Origin: Perna viridis
Lineage: Eukaryota
Length of the DNA: 64,000 bases
Assembly (NCBI GenBank): GCA_037379345.1
Contig: CM074516.1
Coordinates: forward strand, 42,383,626 to 42,447,625
Reading direction: 5' to 3'
Shown here: one piece after another, positions 12,274 to 26,900 of the stretch
How the letters are laid out: each line of letters opens with the position of its first letter
Numbering within the stretch: position 1 is the first letter of the stretch
Program-made: the position numbers and the translations under genes
The notes under the pieces: generated by a model
The model's database searches: none
Seen by the model: the letters and a program-made list of their open reading frames with translations, nothing else
Told to the model about the DNA's origin: nothing

Positions 12274-14548
12274 TTTTCTAGCCTTCCTTTAAGATGATAG
12301 GATTGAAAACTTATGAAAGTTTAATATTTCAACTATCACATTGATGCTTTCATATGGTAATACATGTGATTGATACATGCAATAAGAATTTTAAGAAGCC
12401 TCTGTATTTCAGTCACATTGTGGATGGATAAAGCTGTTGAGTCATGTTTCTTAAATATCTCTGTTTGCTAATCAAATTGAATGCACTGATTGATAAAAGA
12501 AAAAGAAAACTTTCAGATGATTATTCACCTGTAGACATATGTTTTGTATTGAGTTAGTAAAGCAGCTGGCTCTACAAATAAACTTCATTTACTAATTACT
12601 GGTAGTGAGATTCACTGAGACTGACAGCTATGGAGGGGATGTATTTGTTGTACATTGTCTTGCAGGTTAATATCTTTCCTGATATTGCTTTGCATACTTT
12701 GGGAGGTTGTAAGAACAAGAAGTTTTCATGTGAAAAGAAAGAGTTTTTTTAATACTTTTATTTTTATAAGTAAATTTCCATTTGTATGCAATCTTGTATG
12801 TTTGTTCTGTACAATAAAGGTATGTAGGATTTCTTCTATGATGGTCTTCGGTATTGTGTGTTATGTTTTTAATCAACTGATAGATGTCTATGTCTTTGGA
12901 TAATTTGCTGTTCTGTATTCAGTAATTCAAATTATTTTAGAAGCTTATCTTTTTTTTTAAAAAAAAAACCTTGAAAAAACTATTTGCTTTGTGCAGTAAT
13001 TTATATTACATCATAGAAGTTTTACATGGACTGATTTAATCATGTTTTCAATTACAGCGGGTGTTACATGTATAATGCACTATGACACAGGTTTTCTATG
13101 TACATGTATTCTATAGGGAAAACTCATTTATATCTGCCGAATAGTGCAATGACAAAACAATAGTGCCTATACTTAGCCAAAATAAGACAAATTATCCTGG
13201 TGCCAGCATGAATCTTCTCTCCTATCTCTGTCTATAATAATCAATAGTTTTTGATATTTAGGAATGTTGCATGTAATTGTCTACATTTTAAGACATTGTA
13301 GTTATATTATGTCATACATTCAAGGATATACTTAACATTGATCAGATTATTGTGGTCAGTGATCAGCTGTTAATTGTTGTGTTTGATCAGATAGTTTAAA
13401 GTTTATTGACTCCTGTATCCAATAGTTTACTTTCCCAGCCATCTGCTTCAGGGGTTTGTATTACATCTTGAATCTTGAATCTGTTTTTGATGTTTCAGAT
13501 TACTGAGGCACTTTGAAAATCTAAGTATTTCCTGTAGAAATCATCATGTACTCTTCCAGAAAGTGAAATTCAATTACAGATAACTTCATACATGTAAACA
13601 TATATTGATAAATAACATAAACAGTTATTGAAGACTTGAGATTTTTGCCGTGGGTTTTTGGTAACAATGATTTCTTGGTTTGTTTTCATTGGTATTATAT
13701 AAAAAAATTCAAACATATATTTTTTGCAAGTAACATTATACCTTAATTTTCACTCCATCACCTCAACAAATTATAGGTTTAAATTGAAATCTTTCTTTAG
13801 CCAACAAGATTTATTGTGACTTGACATGTCAGTTGTATCGAAGGTAGTACTGTGTGGATATATGAGACATTTGAACAGTGAAATAATTATGTTGACCAAG
13901 TAATTGGGTGTTACAGTATCAAGTCAATCCTTTGTGTCTCTATCATTGTCACCATAAAGTTATATGTGCAATAAACTTTACATTTTTACTTTTTGCAGAA
14001 TATGCCTTTTTGGAAAACAAGTTTTTTTCTTAATGTAAATCATTCTCGTCAAATTATGATTATTATATTTACATCATTTTCTCAAGGCTTTACATTACTG
14101 CTTAAAGCCTTTGAAAGATCTAGTAACCACTTTTTATTTTTTTTGACAAGGGGTAAAAAGATCTGTTAATGACTCCAGCTTAAACATGTCTTTCCTTTTA
14201 ACATGAAGACAACTATATATAAATTATTTAAATTTTGTTGAAAAGTTAAACCATCAAAATAAACAGCTGTGAAAAGAAAATAGAAACAGAACTTTCATGC
14301 AAACCATTTGGGAATGGTGATTATGGCTTGAACAAAGTGAACCTGGCAACTGCATTTATCTTTTACAGTGTACATTTAGTTAAAAAAAAAAATGGGCATT
14401 CTGTCTATGAGCTATATCTTTCTCAGGCCATTGTATGTCTGTAGCTAATCAAAGTTATACTAATAGTAGGTACTACATGAACAAATAAACTGATTTCTAT
14501 TTGTTTAATAGTGTATATACATCTAATTGTAGGATCTAGCTATGCATT

Positions 14549-17500
14549 ATGAATGGTGGTGAGCCTGCCTCGCTGGTCTGGCAGTTTGAAAACTTCACCA
14601 AAGCTGGAACATGCAAATCCATATTATCTACATTCCATGACCTCTGTGATGCAGCCGGTCTCAAACATGATACACATGCCAACTTTTACAGAAGACTCAA
14701 GTCAAAGATTAATTTCTGGAAGGCTCAGAATATCTGGTTAAAACTAGATAAGCATGCCTCCAGGAAAGAATATCGTAGGGGAGAAGCTTGTGCCAACACT
14801 AGGGTAAGAAATATGAAATTTGTTTTGTTATTTTTAAATAGAAACCAGTAAGGCATTTCAGATGCAGTTTTCATTATAAACCAGTTGTCAGAAGCTAGAG
14901 GCTGGTATAAGTGATGGTGAGGTGTCTGTAAAAATTCCTCTTTCAGACCTATGTATTTAAATGATTCTCCAGAATAGTTAGGTCCTTTGGATCAAAGAGT
15001 TTACCATGAAGACTGCAGTTGCACAAGTGTATTGAGAGAGTCCTCTAATTGGAGTATGTTCAATTATTTTTCTAATATACAGTCCATTTCATTAGACATT
15101 TTCCAAAGGTGTCCATTTTTAAAATTATTTTTACGTACAGTATATGTGTAAGAAATACATGTATTACTAAACATAAATACCTATACATTATGTTTAGTAT
15201 ACATTTACACCCTAAAACATAACACTTTTAGATGTTAACTTCTGAGATGTCAACATAAAAAGCATTACTTATTTTTATACTCAGTCTTCAATGATTGTAT
15301 TGCCTTTTCAGGTACTGGTGATAGGATCAGGGCCATGTGGTCTGAGGGCAGCCATAGAATTAGTACTACTTGGTGCAAGGGTGGTAGTTGTAGAAAAAAG
15401 AGACAGTTTCTCCAGAAACAATGTTCTTCATCTCTGGCCATTCCTTATCACAGATCTCAAAAGCTTAGGGGCCAAAAAATTCTTTGGAAAGTTTTGTGCT
15501 GGTGCCATAGACCATATCAGTGAGTAACTAAACACTAGATAATATTAAAAAAAGGTACACCACATTGATATTTACCCCATCAATGAGTGTGTAAAAGGTA
15601 TACCACCTCAGTGAATAGAACTTACAAGGGTATTGTTTCATTGAGTTTCATCATGTTATCATTGTTGGGAAGTCTGACCAAATGTTGGGTTGTAAAATAT
15701 TTCAAATTAGATAGAAAAAAGATAAATTGAAAGATTTGATTAGTAGATATTATGGGAATTTCATCAACTATGAAAATTTATAAATTGCAATAAATGGCCC
15801 ATGAAAACATTGAAGTGCAATGAAGAAAATGTTCAGATTTCTGACTGTCTATTATCTGTCTATCCTGCTCCAATTTTGTAGACCCCGAAAGTTGTTTATT
15901 ATAGATAAATGGTGATTTAAATGACAAGAAAATAAGAATTTGACATTCTTCAATTTTATTCTTACACAGTAGTATAACCAGACTGTAAGTGGTATGTCAA
16001 AATGTGGTACAGTTATCATAACAATCTAGGAAATCACATGTATTACAGATCTGATTTTATCATTAACTTGCTTATTTCTTCCCATTTAAACTTCAGTTAA
16101 GAATCTAGCAGTTAAGTATAATGACTCCTTGGTTTAACATTATGCGGAATATTTGTCACCTCTTCAGTATACAAAATACATAACTTTAGTAGCAATATAA
16201 CCCTTTAATTATATTGATATGTTTACTTGTGTTATGACTCTGAGAAAGTACTTTAAATCTTGGGTAGCAATTTTTATGTTTGACAACTGTTTAGATCTGT
16301 ATAGAATGATTATGTTTATGCAGTTTTATTAACTATGTTGTAGGGAAAGTTATGATTATTGAGAGATTATTGTTTTTGCTGTCTTAGGACAAACATGGAA
16401 ATGGTACTAATTAACAATAATGCACTGTATATTGGTCCTATATAACCTACTCCTGTATTGTAGGTATTCGACAACTACAGATCATTTTGATGAAGGTAGC
16501 CCTACTCCTGGGTGTAGAAATCCATGTCAATACGTCATTTGATGATTTGATAGAGCCACCATCTGACCAAACACACAGTTAGTATGGGTTTATAGTGATA
16601 TCATTATCTCATGAAGTCCCATCTGACTTCTTCAATACAGTGATTTTTATTAGGGTTCTTTTGCTGTAAAAGTCTTGCTTTTCGTTTGGAGTAAATATGT
16701 TTCAATATTGCAAGTTACCCAAAAATTAGATGTATCTTTTTAATGTTGCCTCAAAACTACAAGTATAACAAAGAATAATTAACCAATCTGTCAAAGTGTA
16801 TAAGTACTCAGTTCTTTAGAAAAGTAAAGAGTTTGTATTTGTTTCCAATAATAGCTGAAAAACAATACAATTGCAATGTGATATTATAAAATTGGACTGA
16901 TTTTAAAACAGGTATTACAATCTCCATATAATGACCTACTTCTGATCACCTTTGTCCTGTCAGCTGTTTATAGTGGCACTCAAACACTGATTGAAAAGTA
17001 AATTCTCTGCTGTACTGATTGTAATGACCAGACCTATAAGTTTTATTGATGTACAGATTCTCCCAGCTGATTGATCAGGCATCAGTGTTTATTGATGAGA
17101 TTTTAACCTCCATTGGTCAGATTAGGTTGTAAGAAATTCATTATTTGTTTATAAATTGACTTAAGGTCTTCAAGTCATTCTATATAGATTTTATAGGCTA
17201 TTTCTATTAGATTTTCATTAGTATTACTTGACATTGAGAAACAAGTAAATCAATCATTGTAATTTAAGCTTTGGTTTTAAAGGGAAAAACTTGGTAGTGC
17301 ATGAATCAAAGGACAACTTTTTATATGTAAAAACCTTGGTAGTTGTATTCCAATTGTAATGTTCCTACCAGGAGGAAACTTGAAGTAATCTTGAAGAAAG
17401 TATACCTACATTATAAATTTTCGGCACTGATTCATAAGAAAGAACGTGTATACATAATACTTATCAATAATTTAAATATGTTACAGTAATATACAAGTAT

Positions 17501-20500
17501 CTTCTGTCAAGATAAATGTATAATTACAGTAGCTTTTATGACATGATATTCACTGAGTTTTTCTTGGGTTTTGTTTGGTTTTTTTTTGTTTGTTTTTTTT
17601 TTGAAGAGGTGATAATCTTTTTTTCAAAAGTCAATAACCCTGCACATTTACTGAATCAACTGGCAGTTTTTGTTTTGCTCTATAATACTATATCAAAGGT
17701 AATAATGACTGAACTTTGATGACTCAAATGTCAATGTCTTCCCAATGACATCAATAATGCAGCAATGGTGTCATGTAATCATGACAAATTTTGAAAAGTC
17801 AGAAAAGCTAAAATCCAATTGATCAGACCTTGCATTTACAATCTCAACTAGTTTGGAAGATATGAGAAAAATAACGTGTTATGAGCAATCTTTTAGTTTT
17901 CATTTCAGAAATTTTGGTACAATTTTTTCAGTATATAATTCATTTGCATGTTTATATAGGAAACCAATTTAGTTTTCATAGTTTAGTGGTTTGATAAGTA
18001 TATGTGGCACTGTATTTATTTTGTAGAGACAGGATGGAAAGCTAAGATAACACCATCAGACAGTCCTGTATCTGAGTTTGAGTTTGATGTACTGGTTGGT
18101 GCTGATGGGAAAAGGAACACTTTACAGGGTATGGATTGATATAGAAATGAAATTTATACTGCAACTGTTCTATTTGACCAGTCGAAATGCATTGACCGTA
18201 TATTTACAAGAGATATACTATCACTGACTGACTTACTGTTGTGACGATACAAGCTTATTACACTTCAAATAAAACTTTGTTTTCTTCTTGAAATGTCAAT
18301 TATCTTTTGAAACTTTGATGTACAAATTGGGCTTGAACCATTGAAAATGCTCTGCACGGCCTCACATTTCCCACGGTTCTAAACCTCATCTGTTTGTCAG
18401 TTTTATTTGAAGTCAGTGCAATGTTATTTTCAATGTTAGTCTTCTTTGAACAAAAATATTAAATGTATCTCTTGCACATTCAGCCAAAATTCAGTTCTTT
18501 CATTAGAGAAAATCTGGTACTCATGCTAACTCATTCACCATTCAGAATTTAATACAAGTGGACGTACTCTGTACATTAGTAGTAAATATGTCTAGAAACA
18601 GGCTGTTATTAAGCTGTACTCGTTTACACATTTTCATCAGTGATTTGGAAAGAAATTAAAACATGATAATGGGAGATAACTTATTTTATACATTGTATCT
18701 AACAGTTGGGGTACTCCGTAGTAATTTTTTTCAGGTTTAGTACATGTATATAAGTATACTGGTACCTGTGTATTTCTAAAATGTTTATTTTGTAGATCTA
18801 TATGTTTGATAATGACTTCTTTATTGTATCATTATTATATCAACTATTTTTACTTCAGGTTTTAAAAGAAAAGAATTTCGTGGAAAGCTTGCCATTGCCA
18901 TTACAGCTAATTTTATCAACAACAACACACAACAGGAAGCCAGGGTAGAGGAGATCAGTGGAGTAGCTTTTATATTCAATCAGAAATTCTTCAAAGATTT
19001 GAATGAAAAAACAGGAATTGATTTGGAGAACATTGTGTATTATAAGGATGATACTCATTATTTTGTGATGACTGCTAAGAAATGTAGCCTTCTTGATAAA
19101 GGAGTGTTACTACAGGTAAATATTGAGTTAAACTATATTTGTTAAGGCACCTGTTGCCCATTAAAGTTTTTAAGCACTTGATGATTCTGTTGCAGTTTAA
19201 CTTAACCTGTCAACAGTAAATCTGAGAAGGCATACACAATTTTATCATATTAAATTGAAACAGGACTGTAAACGAACAATAGTGAAAGTTTTCACGTGAC
19301 AAATTGTATGCATTATTTTTATATGAGTTGTGAACCTTACATCTGTTTCTGTTGAACTTATTGTAAATCCTTCGTTACTTCTTCATCTTGTCTCAGTGTG
19401 TTGTATGTTGTTCATGTTGTCTTTCATTGGTGTGAAATATACATATATCATTTGTCATTTCCACTGAAATCAGGTGTCACTCTGCTGTATTACAGGACTA
19501 CCCAGACACTGCCTCACTGCTGTCACCGACTAATGTCAACAAGAAAATGTTGTTAGATTATGCTAAGGAAGCTGCCAATTTCTCCACCAATCACCAACTT
19601 CCTGTACTAGAGTATGCTATTAATCACTATCGTCAACCAGATGTAGCCATGTTTGATTTCACATCCATGTTTGCTGCTGTCAATGCCTCTAGGGCAGTGA
19701 AGAGAAACGGTCACACTTTACTGAGTTGTTTGGTTGGAGATAGCTTATTAGAGGTAGTATTACAACAAGCATTTTTCATCTACATGTATGAAGTAAAAGT
19801 TTGCTGCATTACGTTCAGCAATAAAATTGAGACTTTTCCAAAATTAATATGATAGTTCTATACGAATAATCAACCCAACTTTTACATCTGTTACTACATG
19901 TACCAATTATAGTTTTTTTAACATGGATTTGTGTCTGTGACACAACTTTTTGTGTCTCTCTGTGTAGACTTTACGTTTTCAGTGTGTGGGTGAATCACCA
20001 TAAGACAATGTGTTGGCTACATTTATGACCTCTAAATGACTTCGACCTTTGAATTCAAATTAAAAATTATTGGATTTTTAATGTTCATACCATATATCCC
20101 CTGATTCTGATCTGGAATGGATTTTCACCATAACATTAAAATAATTAAGCTTCCGTGATTCAAGTTAGCATAAAAATATGTGGATAGCAGAGGGGTATCC
20201 TTTGTGAGTTTTACTCCCAGTATTTATAGATTTATTCTGTTTACAATACTTCAGTCTAGTTTTAGTTTTATTTCTGAAGTTACATTGTATTTTAATTATT
20301 TTCTTCAGCCTTTCTGGCCAACAGGGTCAGGTTGTGCCAGAGGGTTTTTAGGGGCATTTGATGCTGCCTGGATGGTAAAGAACTGGGCCTCAGGAAAGAT
20401 GACTCCATTACAAGTCCTGGCAGAGAGAGAGGCAATCTATCAAGTCTTGTCCCAAACCACTCCAGAGAACCTGAACAAGAATTACAATGAATACACTTTA

Positions 20501-20985
20501 GATCCCAATACTAGGTATATTGAAGTGTTTTATATGAACACTGGTAGCATGTAATCATATGTCTGCTTTTGATCAGGTATTAATATAATCTAAGCACCAG
20601 TGATATTATCTTGAAATTGTGTTCCGAAATACTAAAAACAAGATAAAAACAATGAACACAATTTTGTTTCAGCATTGTAATTCCTGATGTTTATATACAT
20701 TACAATGTTTATATGTAGGTTATGTCTTGTTGAATTTTTATTTTTTTTTGTATACAAATAGGTTTTTTAACAATTAATTTTACTAAACCTATCAAGCAAG
20801 ACATCTAACAATTTAGTGAATTAGCTGTGTGTTTTTGTGCCTGAATCTTTGTTAATACTTTTTTAGGTATACCAACCTAAACATGAAGACAGTATTACCC
20901 CAGCAGGTTAGACATCTGTATGATACTGGTGATGGAACATATAATGATGAAATCATTGAAGTTCCTGCCAAAAAGCCTAGGAACG
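14549..20985 (+). CDS. MICAL: MICAL FAD-dependent monooxygenase domain (coding exons 1-8)
   Basis: GxGxxG ([10 protein letters not shown]), DG motif (VGADGKRN), [20 protein letters not shown] and GD motif ([12 protein letters not shown]). Confidence 0.95.
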
Positions 20986-23900
20986 GTAAGAATTCATGTT
21001 CATTCCCTGTCCGTTGACAGTTGGTATTCTGATACACAATAATCTGCCCCTCTGTCCATCCACATGTAGTACCATAGCTGAAAAATGCTTATGATGGAAT
21101 TTAGCGGAATGTTTATCTTCATTGGAGAAAGCTGCCATTTTTGTTTTTCATTGTTTTCCTAGAGACATGGTTTAGGCTCTTATTTCCAATAAAATGATGT
21201 AATGAGTTTAACATGTATCATAATACAGCTGTTAAGTAATCAAAATAATACAATGAAGCAAACATTTCAAATTTATCTTGATATAATGGACTCTCTAGTT
21301 CTTCACCTTCCAATGTTTTATGTCTTACATAATGAAACTTGATTATTTTAGGGATTATATATACAGACATGATTTTTTTCCACTTTTTAGAGGAAATCCG
21401 CTATTTCAAATCGGGATTTTGCCATTCTTTTTTTAACTGATTTACTTCAGATTTTGCCAATCTGCTTTGTAGACCAAGTAAAATCATATCTGATGTATAG
21501 GATGTCAATGAAATTTTTAGGAAATCATTTCTTATTAGTACTATTTTGGTGTTGCATGTAAGTTACTTATAAACTTATGTTATTGTTGATACCAGTTTAA
21601 ATACCATTTAATTTATTGATGGAATGTGGAATACTATAATGCCCATTTTAATATTATTTTCCTGAATTTGCAGATGAATACATTGACAGTTATTCATTGT
21701 TACGATGGACACAGCGAGTACTTAATAATCAGGGAGTGTATAGAGGTGTTCACATAGTGGATCTAACTACATCATGGAGGAATGGTCTGGCTCTCTGTGC
21801 ACTTATACACTACTTCAAACCTGATCTCATGTATGTATCATAAATCAAAGTACTGTCTTGAATTTCATTTTGTCTAAATTGTGTTCCTTGGCTATTTTAT
21901 GTAGTACATTTTTGCACTGTTAACAAGTGTGATGTAGGTGTCAACATTTGAATAAGTTATTTGATATTTTTCCTATAACTCTTTCTACAGATTTTCAGGA
22001 ATGGTAAGCTTATATTTGAAATTTTGATTTAGCAAATTACATTCTGTCATCATCAAAATTTAATTACAATATAGTGTATTTTTCTTTCAGAGACTTTCAA
22101 TCACTGTTATCAAATGATGGTATCCAGAATAACCAGTTAGCATTTACTGTTGCTGAGTCTTCCCTGGGAATCTCCCCTGTCATGTCCCCTCAGGAAATGG
22201 TCAACTGTTCTCTCCTTGACAAACTCACCATGGTCTCCTATCTGTCTCAGTTCTACCATAAATTTAAGAAGGAGAGATTAGCTAATGGTATGTATGAGAA
22301 ATATTTAGTTTTAGATTTGTTTTAGTCATCTATTAATACACACATTGCACTATAGAATGGCTATAGAAATGACAGAGTTTTTGTACATAAAAGATCTTTA
22401 AAAAGAAAGTTCTAGGCTTATAGTTTGTTAATGTTCATCATTACCTTTCAACAAATATGATTTAAATTTTACTACTAGTTTCCTTTTGACTACACAAAAA
22501 AACCTGTATCTATCTAGAAGAATAAAAGGCATAGCATCCCCTAGATCTTAGAAAGTTGCATACATTTTTTGTAAAATTATATCAAAAACTGGCCTGACTT
22601 TTGCTGTTTTAATTTTATCAATTCTGCAGAAAATGCAAGAATACATGAGATTCACTTGATATGGTCCACTCAATTAGGCCCTTTTTTTAAATTGATACAG
22701 GAGGTAGGCTTCTATTTTTTCTTTTTTATATCAGAAGCAAGTTTCCTTTTTTTTTTTCGAGAAATTTCATTGAATTGAACAATTCTGTTAATGTTAAATA
22801 AAATACTCCATGGTATTAAAACTTTACTGGATTATGAGATGTGGCAAGAAATAAGAGCCATCTCCGCCACAAGACAAACCTTTGTTTTTAATGATCAATG
22901 TTAAATAACAGCCTCATTCGCATCATACTTTTTACCTTTCTGTCAAGCGTACAGACAATTCCATTAACTTATTAAAAGTCGATTCCAGACTGGATATGAA
23001 AATTTCCGGAACGGATATAAAATTTCCAGATTTTATCGTAATAAAAATTGCAGATTGTGGAGGGTTTTTAGGGATGCAGCATTGCCTGAGAACCTAGCAT
23101 ATATTTTTTTTAGACTTACACAGTTTAAATCACCTGTTGTGTATAGATGCATATAGCAAGAAATTACCAAATGCAATAAAAAAAATGTTTATCAGTATTC
23201 ATAACTTTAGTTGAGCAGTGGAAGAGAGATATTGGTATTGTCATTCATGTTATGCTAACATATAAGTACGTGATCTACATGTACAAAAACTTAGAACAAT
23301 ATTGTTATATATGTAATATGCTTACCATTGAAGTTATAACCTGTGATATTGTGTTCCAGCTGACTCACCTAACGTACTGTTGAGAGATGAACCTCAGAAA
23401 TCCCACAAGTCTCCTCACAGCAGACTCTCTATACTACAAAAACTTCGAAACAGTACCAAATTTTACAGGTCTAAAAAGGTTTGTTACTTTAAATTGTTGT
23501 GTGAATACAATATATCAACTCTTTTTTCTAATTTACTTTCTTTTGGCATGAAACACTTTTTGTCTTAAATAAATGATGCTTTAACTTGTAACTCATTTAA
23601 GAAAATATTCATTTTTGAGAGCTGAGAAAATTAAGGCATATTAAAAGTTCATGTTTATTCCATATATTTGTTTCCTGTCCCTGACTATTCTAAACACAAA
23701 GCTGCTGACTTGGAAGTATTCTGATTTAAATTGTTTCAAATATCAAGATTATGTCAAAATTCCTGAAATAGTTTGTATTTGGTTCGGATACAGAGTAGCT
23801 TCATAAACAAATTGAGTGCTCTCCAGTAGTGATAGAACCAGTATTGGAGCTATCCTATATACAAACATATGATAATAATTGTGTAAAGAATGTTGTATTC

Positions 23901-26900
23901 ACTGGGACTATATCTCAGTACACTTGACTGAACTTGTTTTATAATTTGACATTAACTAAAAAAAAAACAAATAATTGAAAAGATAAAATTCTTTACTTAC
24001 TGACCTGGATTGTTTTTTTATTGTAACATGAAACACACACACGCACACACCCATGTATATTTTTTTGCCTCAATAGTGTTAAATTGAGTTAATTTATGTT
24101 GCCTTTTGGTTACTTACATGAGTTTGTCCTTGTTAAGAATAGTAAATGCAATTTCCTGTTGATTTATAGAGAAAAGAGAAGGAAGATGATAATGCAGTGG
24201 ATTCATCTCTGTCTAAAAAGAAATACAAATCTCCTGAAGTTAGTAAAATCTTATTGTAGAGCAGAGAAAAGGTTACGTCATATATAAGTAATTGCTAAAA
24301 TATGACTTTACAGAGATTGTTGTCACTTGTAACAAACACAAATAGTGGGGATTTGCTTTACCATACAAGGCTTATTGTATAAACATTTTGAATTATTATT
24401 CATTGTATAATGTTTATTGTGCTTCCAGTTTTGTACTGATTAATCCTTCCAAAGTTTCAGTTGCACCTACCAAAGTTCAAAACGATAAGTAAAGCTATGT
24501 AATTTTTATAACATAAAATTTTTCAAAATTTGCTGTAGATCTATGATGAAATAGATCTAATTTTGAACACTGTCTTTCTTGAATGAAAAAAAGAACAAAT
24601 GAATCAAGTTGTCATAAGATTATATTGTGTGTGTTTTTTTTTCATTTTAAGAGTTATCAGAAGACAGATGTTGAGTTAACCAAGTACAACAAACTTCCCA
24701 TGGAAGAAATAGCCAATAAGTTTGACTTTAATCAGAAAATAAATGAGATTTCAAACCAGAACAAAATTGACATTGAAGGCAATGTTAAAGTTAGTGCTAT
24801 GGCAGAAATTTTGGCCTCTAAATTTGCTGTGGAACAAAATGTAAATCAGACTCCTGTTAAAAAGGTGGTATGTATTATTTAACTTGATTTGATTAATTAC
24901 TTATTGATTTTTTTCATTATTATTTATTTAAAAGTTATAAAATATGATAGTATAGACCAACTAAATGTTTCAACTTTGATCATGCACAGAAAGAGAAATA
25001 TTTTTATATTAAGTAGCTGTCTTAGATTTAGCCAAAGTCAAGATTAACTGATTCATTTGAAAAGAAGTCACTAATTTAATTTTGGGAAGTAGTTGGATGA
25101 GGGGATTGTAAAGTGAACAATAATGTTTCATATGAAACCTTCTAGTGAAAGGTACTGTTAACGTATTAATGTTCACTGATTCTGTCAAGTGAGCATATTT
25201 GTTTGTATCAATTTTGGCTGATTCTAAAAATGATATGCGTTATGTAGTGTTAAAAATCAATTTCTTGTGTATAATTTTTCATGGTTTTTTGCCGACCATG
25301 AAAATAGACAAAATTGGTACGTTTACAGTATATGGTTTGAAATATATAATAGAAAGTGTTTGTAAAATCAGAAATATCTCCCTGCAAAACTATTGTACAT
25401 TCCATTGACTTTTTTCTGCCACTTTATGACATTTTTTTTTCAGAAGTGTATTTCATTTCTATTAAGCATTCTCTACATTAAACATGTGAGCATTTGACAA
25501 AAATCTTCCTCTGCATGGTTTTTAGGTGGATGATTTCTTGGTAATTGAAAAAAAAGAATACTTTGAATTCAATACCTAATTTATTGTTTATAATCTTAAT
25601 TTGCATGAAAAATAGCTGCATCCATGTATGCAATTTATGTTCCATTGTTCACTATATATGTGACTGCTTTGTTGACAGAGAGCTCCCGGTGTACTAATGG
25701 CAGCCCAGCCAGCCAGTGAGGTGTGTTATTTCTGTAAGAAGCGGGTTTACCTGATGGAGAGAATGAGTGCTGAGGGTCTTTTCTTCCATCGAGGCTGTTT
25801 GAAATGTGACTACTGTGATGGTGGTCTCCGTTTAAATAATTACAGTGCGGATAGACTTCCTAATGGTGATGGTATGTTTAATGATAAAGAAGGACTTTCT
25901 ATGTTAACATCATTAAGACATTTTATGCCAAAACAAAATGATCATAAAAGTATCTATAAGCTGTATTGAAACTTATTAAAATGTGGTACAGTGAAAGAAC
26001 TTTAATTTGTTGATACTAATTTTTTGTAGATTAGTGAAGAAACATAAGTTCTTGGATTCTTTAATTCTTGGTTTTGAGATCTTCAGTATACACATCAGTG
26101 GGAATCTCCTTTTTGTTGGGAACCAAATTTCTTTGTTTTGCCTACCCACAAAAACCACAAAAATTGGTGTCCCACAAACAATAGTACTTTCACAGTATAC
26201 ATCTGTTTAAAGACTTGAAATTTATTTAATGATCAGCAATACAATGTGGTATGGTATTGTGTCTGTGTTTTATTAGTACATGAAATTTAGGATCAAATGA
26301 ATGTACATCTTATTCAAGACTTCTTTATTTTCAGTCAAGTTTTTCTGTTTCCGACATTCTCGGTTGGAAATGCGTTTCTCAAAACCAAAGAGGAAGAGAG
26401 AATATAACGAGGAAGAGGAACAAATCAAGGTGACTATACTTTACTTAGATAATGTAGATCTTGTAACAGATCTTCAGTCTAAAAAACAGATTTTCTTCAG
26501 TTCAAAACATATATTTGGGTAGAAAGAATTTTGCAGCCATATTCAATTCAGTGATGTTTATCTGTGATTATGGAATTGTATAAATTATGTTGCCATTTTG
26601 ACTTGAGAATTTTTTGGATGCTTTTTAAGCCATACTGTACAAAAATTAAACAAATTATGATTTTAAGGAGTGAAAACTGTGCATGTGTAAGTTTTCTGAT
26701 TTTATTTTTTGTTACATCTGAATTTTTTGGTTTCAATTTCAGGAAAATATTCCGAAGGTAGTTATAGATGCTGGTCCATCTCCAAAGGTAGAAAGAAAAA
26801 CGTCACCAAAGAAAATTCTCAGTAAGTTTTATAGGATAATTGATATGGTAAAGGAAATTTCCAAGCATTTACATTATGTATGAGTACCTGTGGTCTAATT

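Noticed and set aside
1000-14500. Possible non-coding 5' exons or promoter of MICAL (donor-like sites near 1104, 1492, 3906; AP-1-like TGAGTCA at 1038)
   Set aside because: Isolated motifs only; they cannot be distinguished from chance without transcript data.
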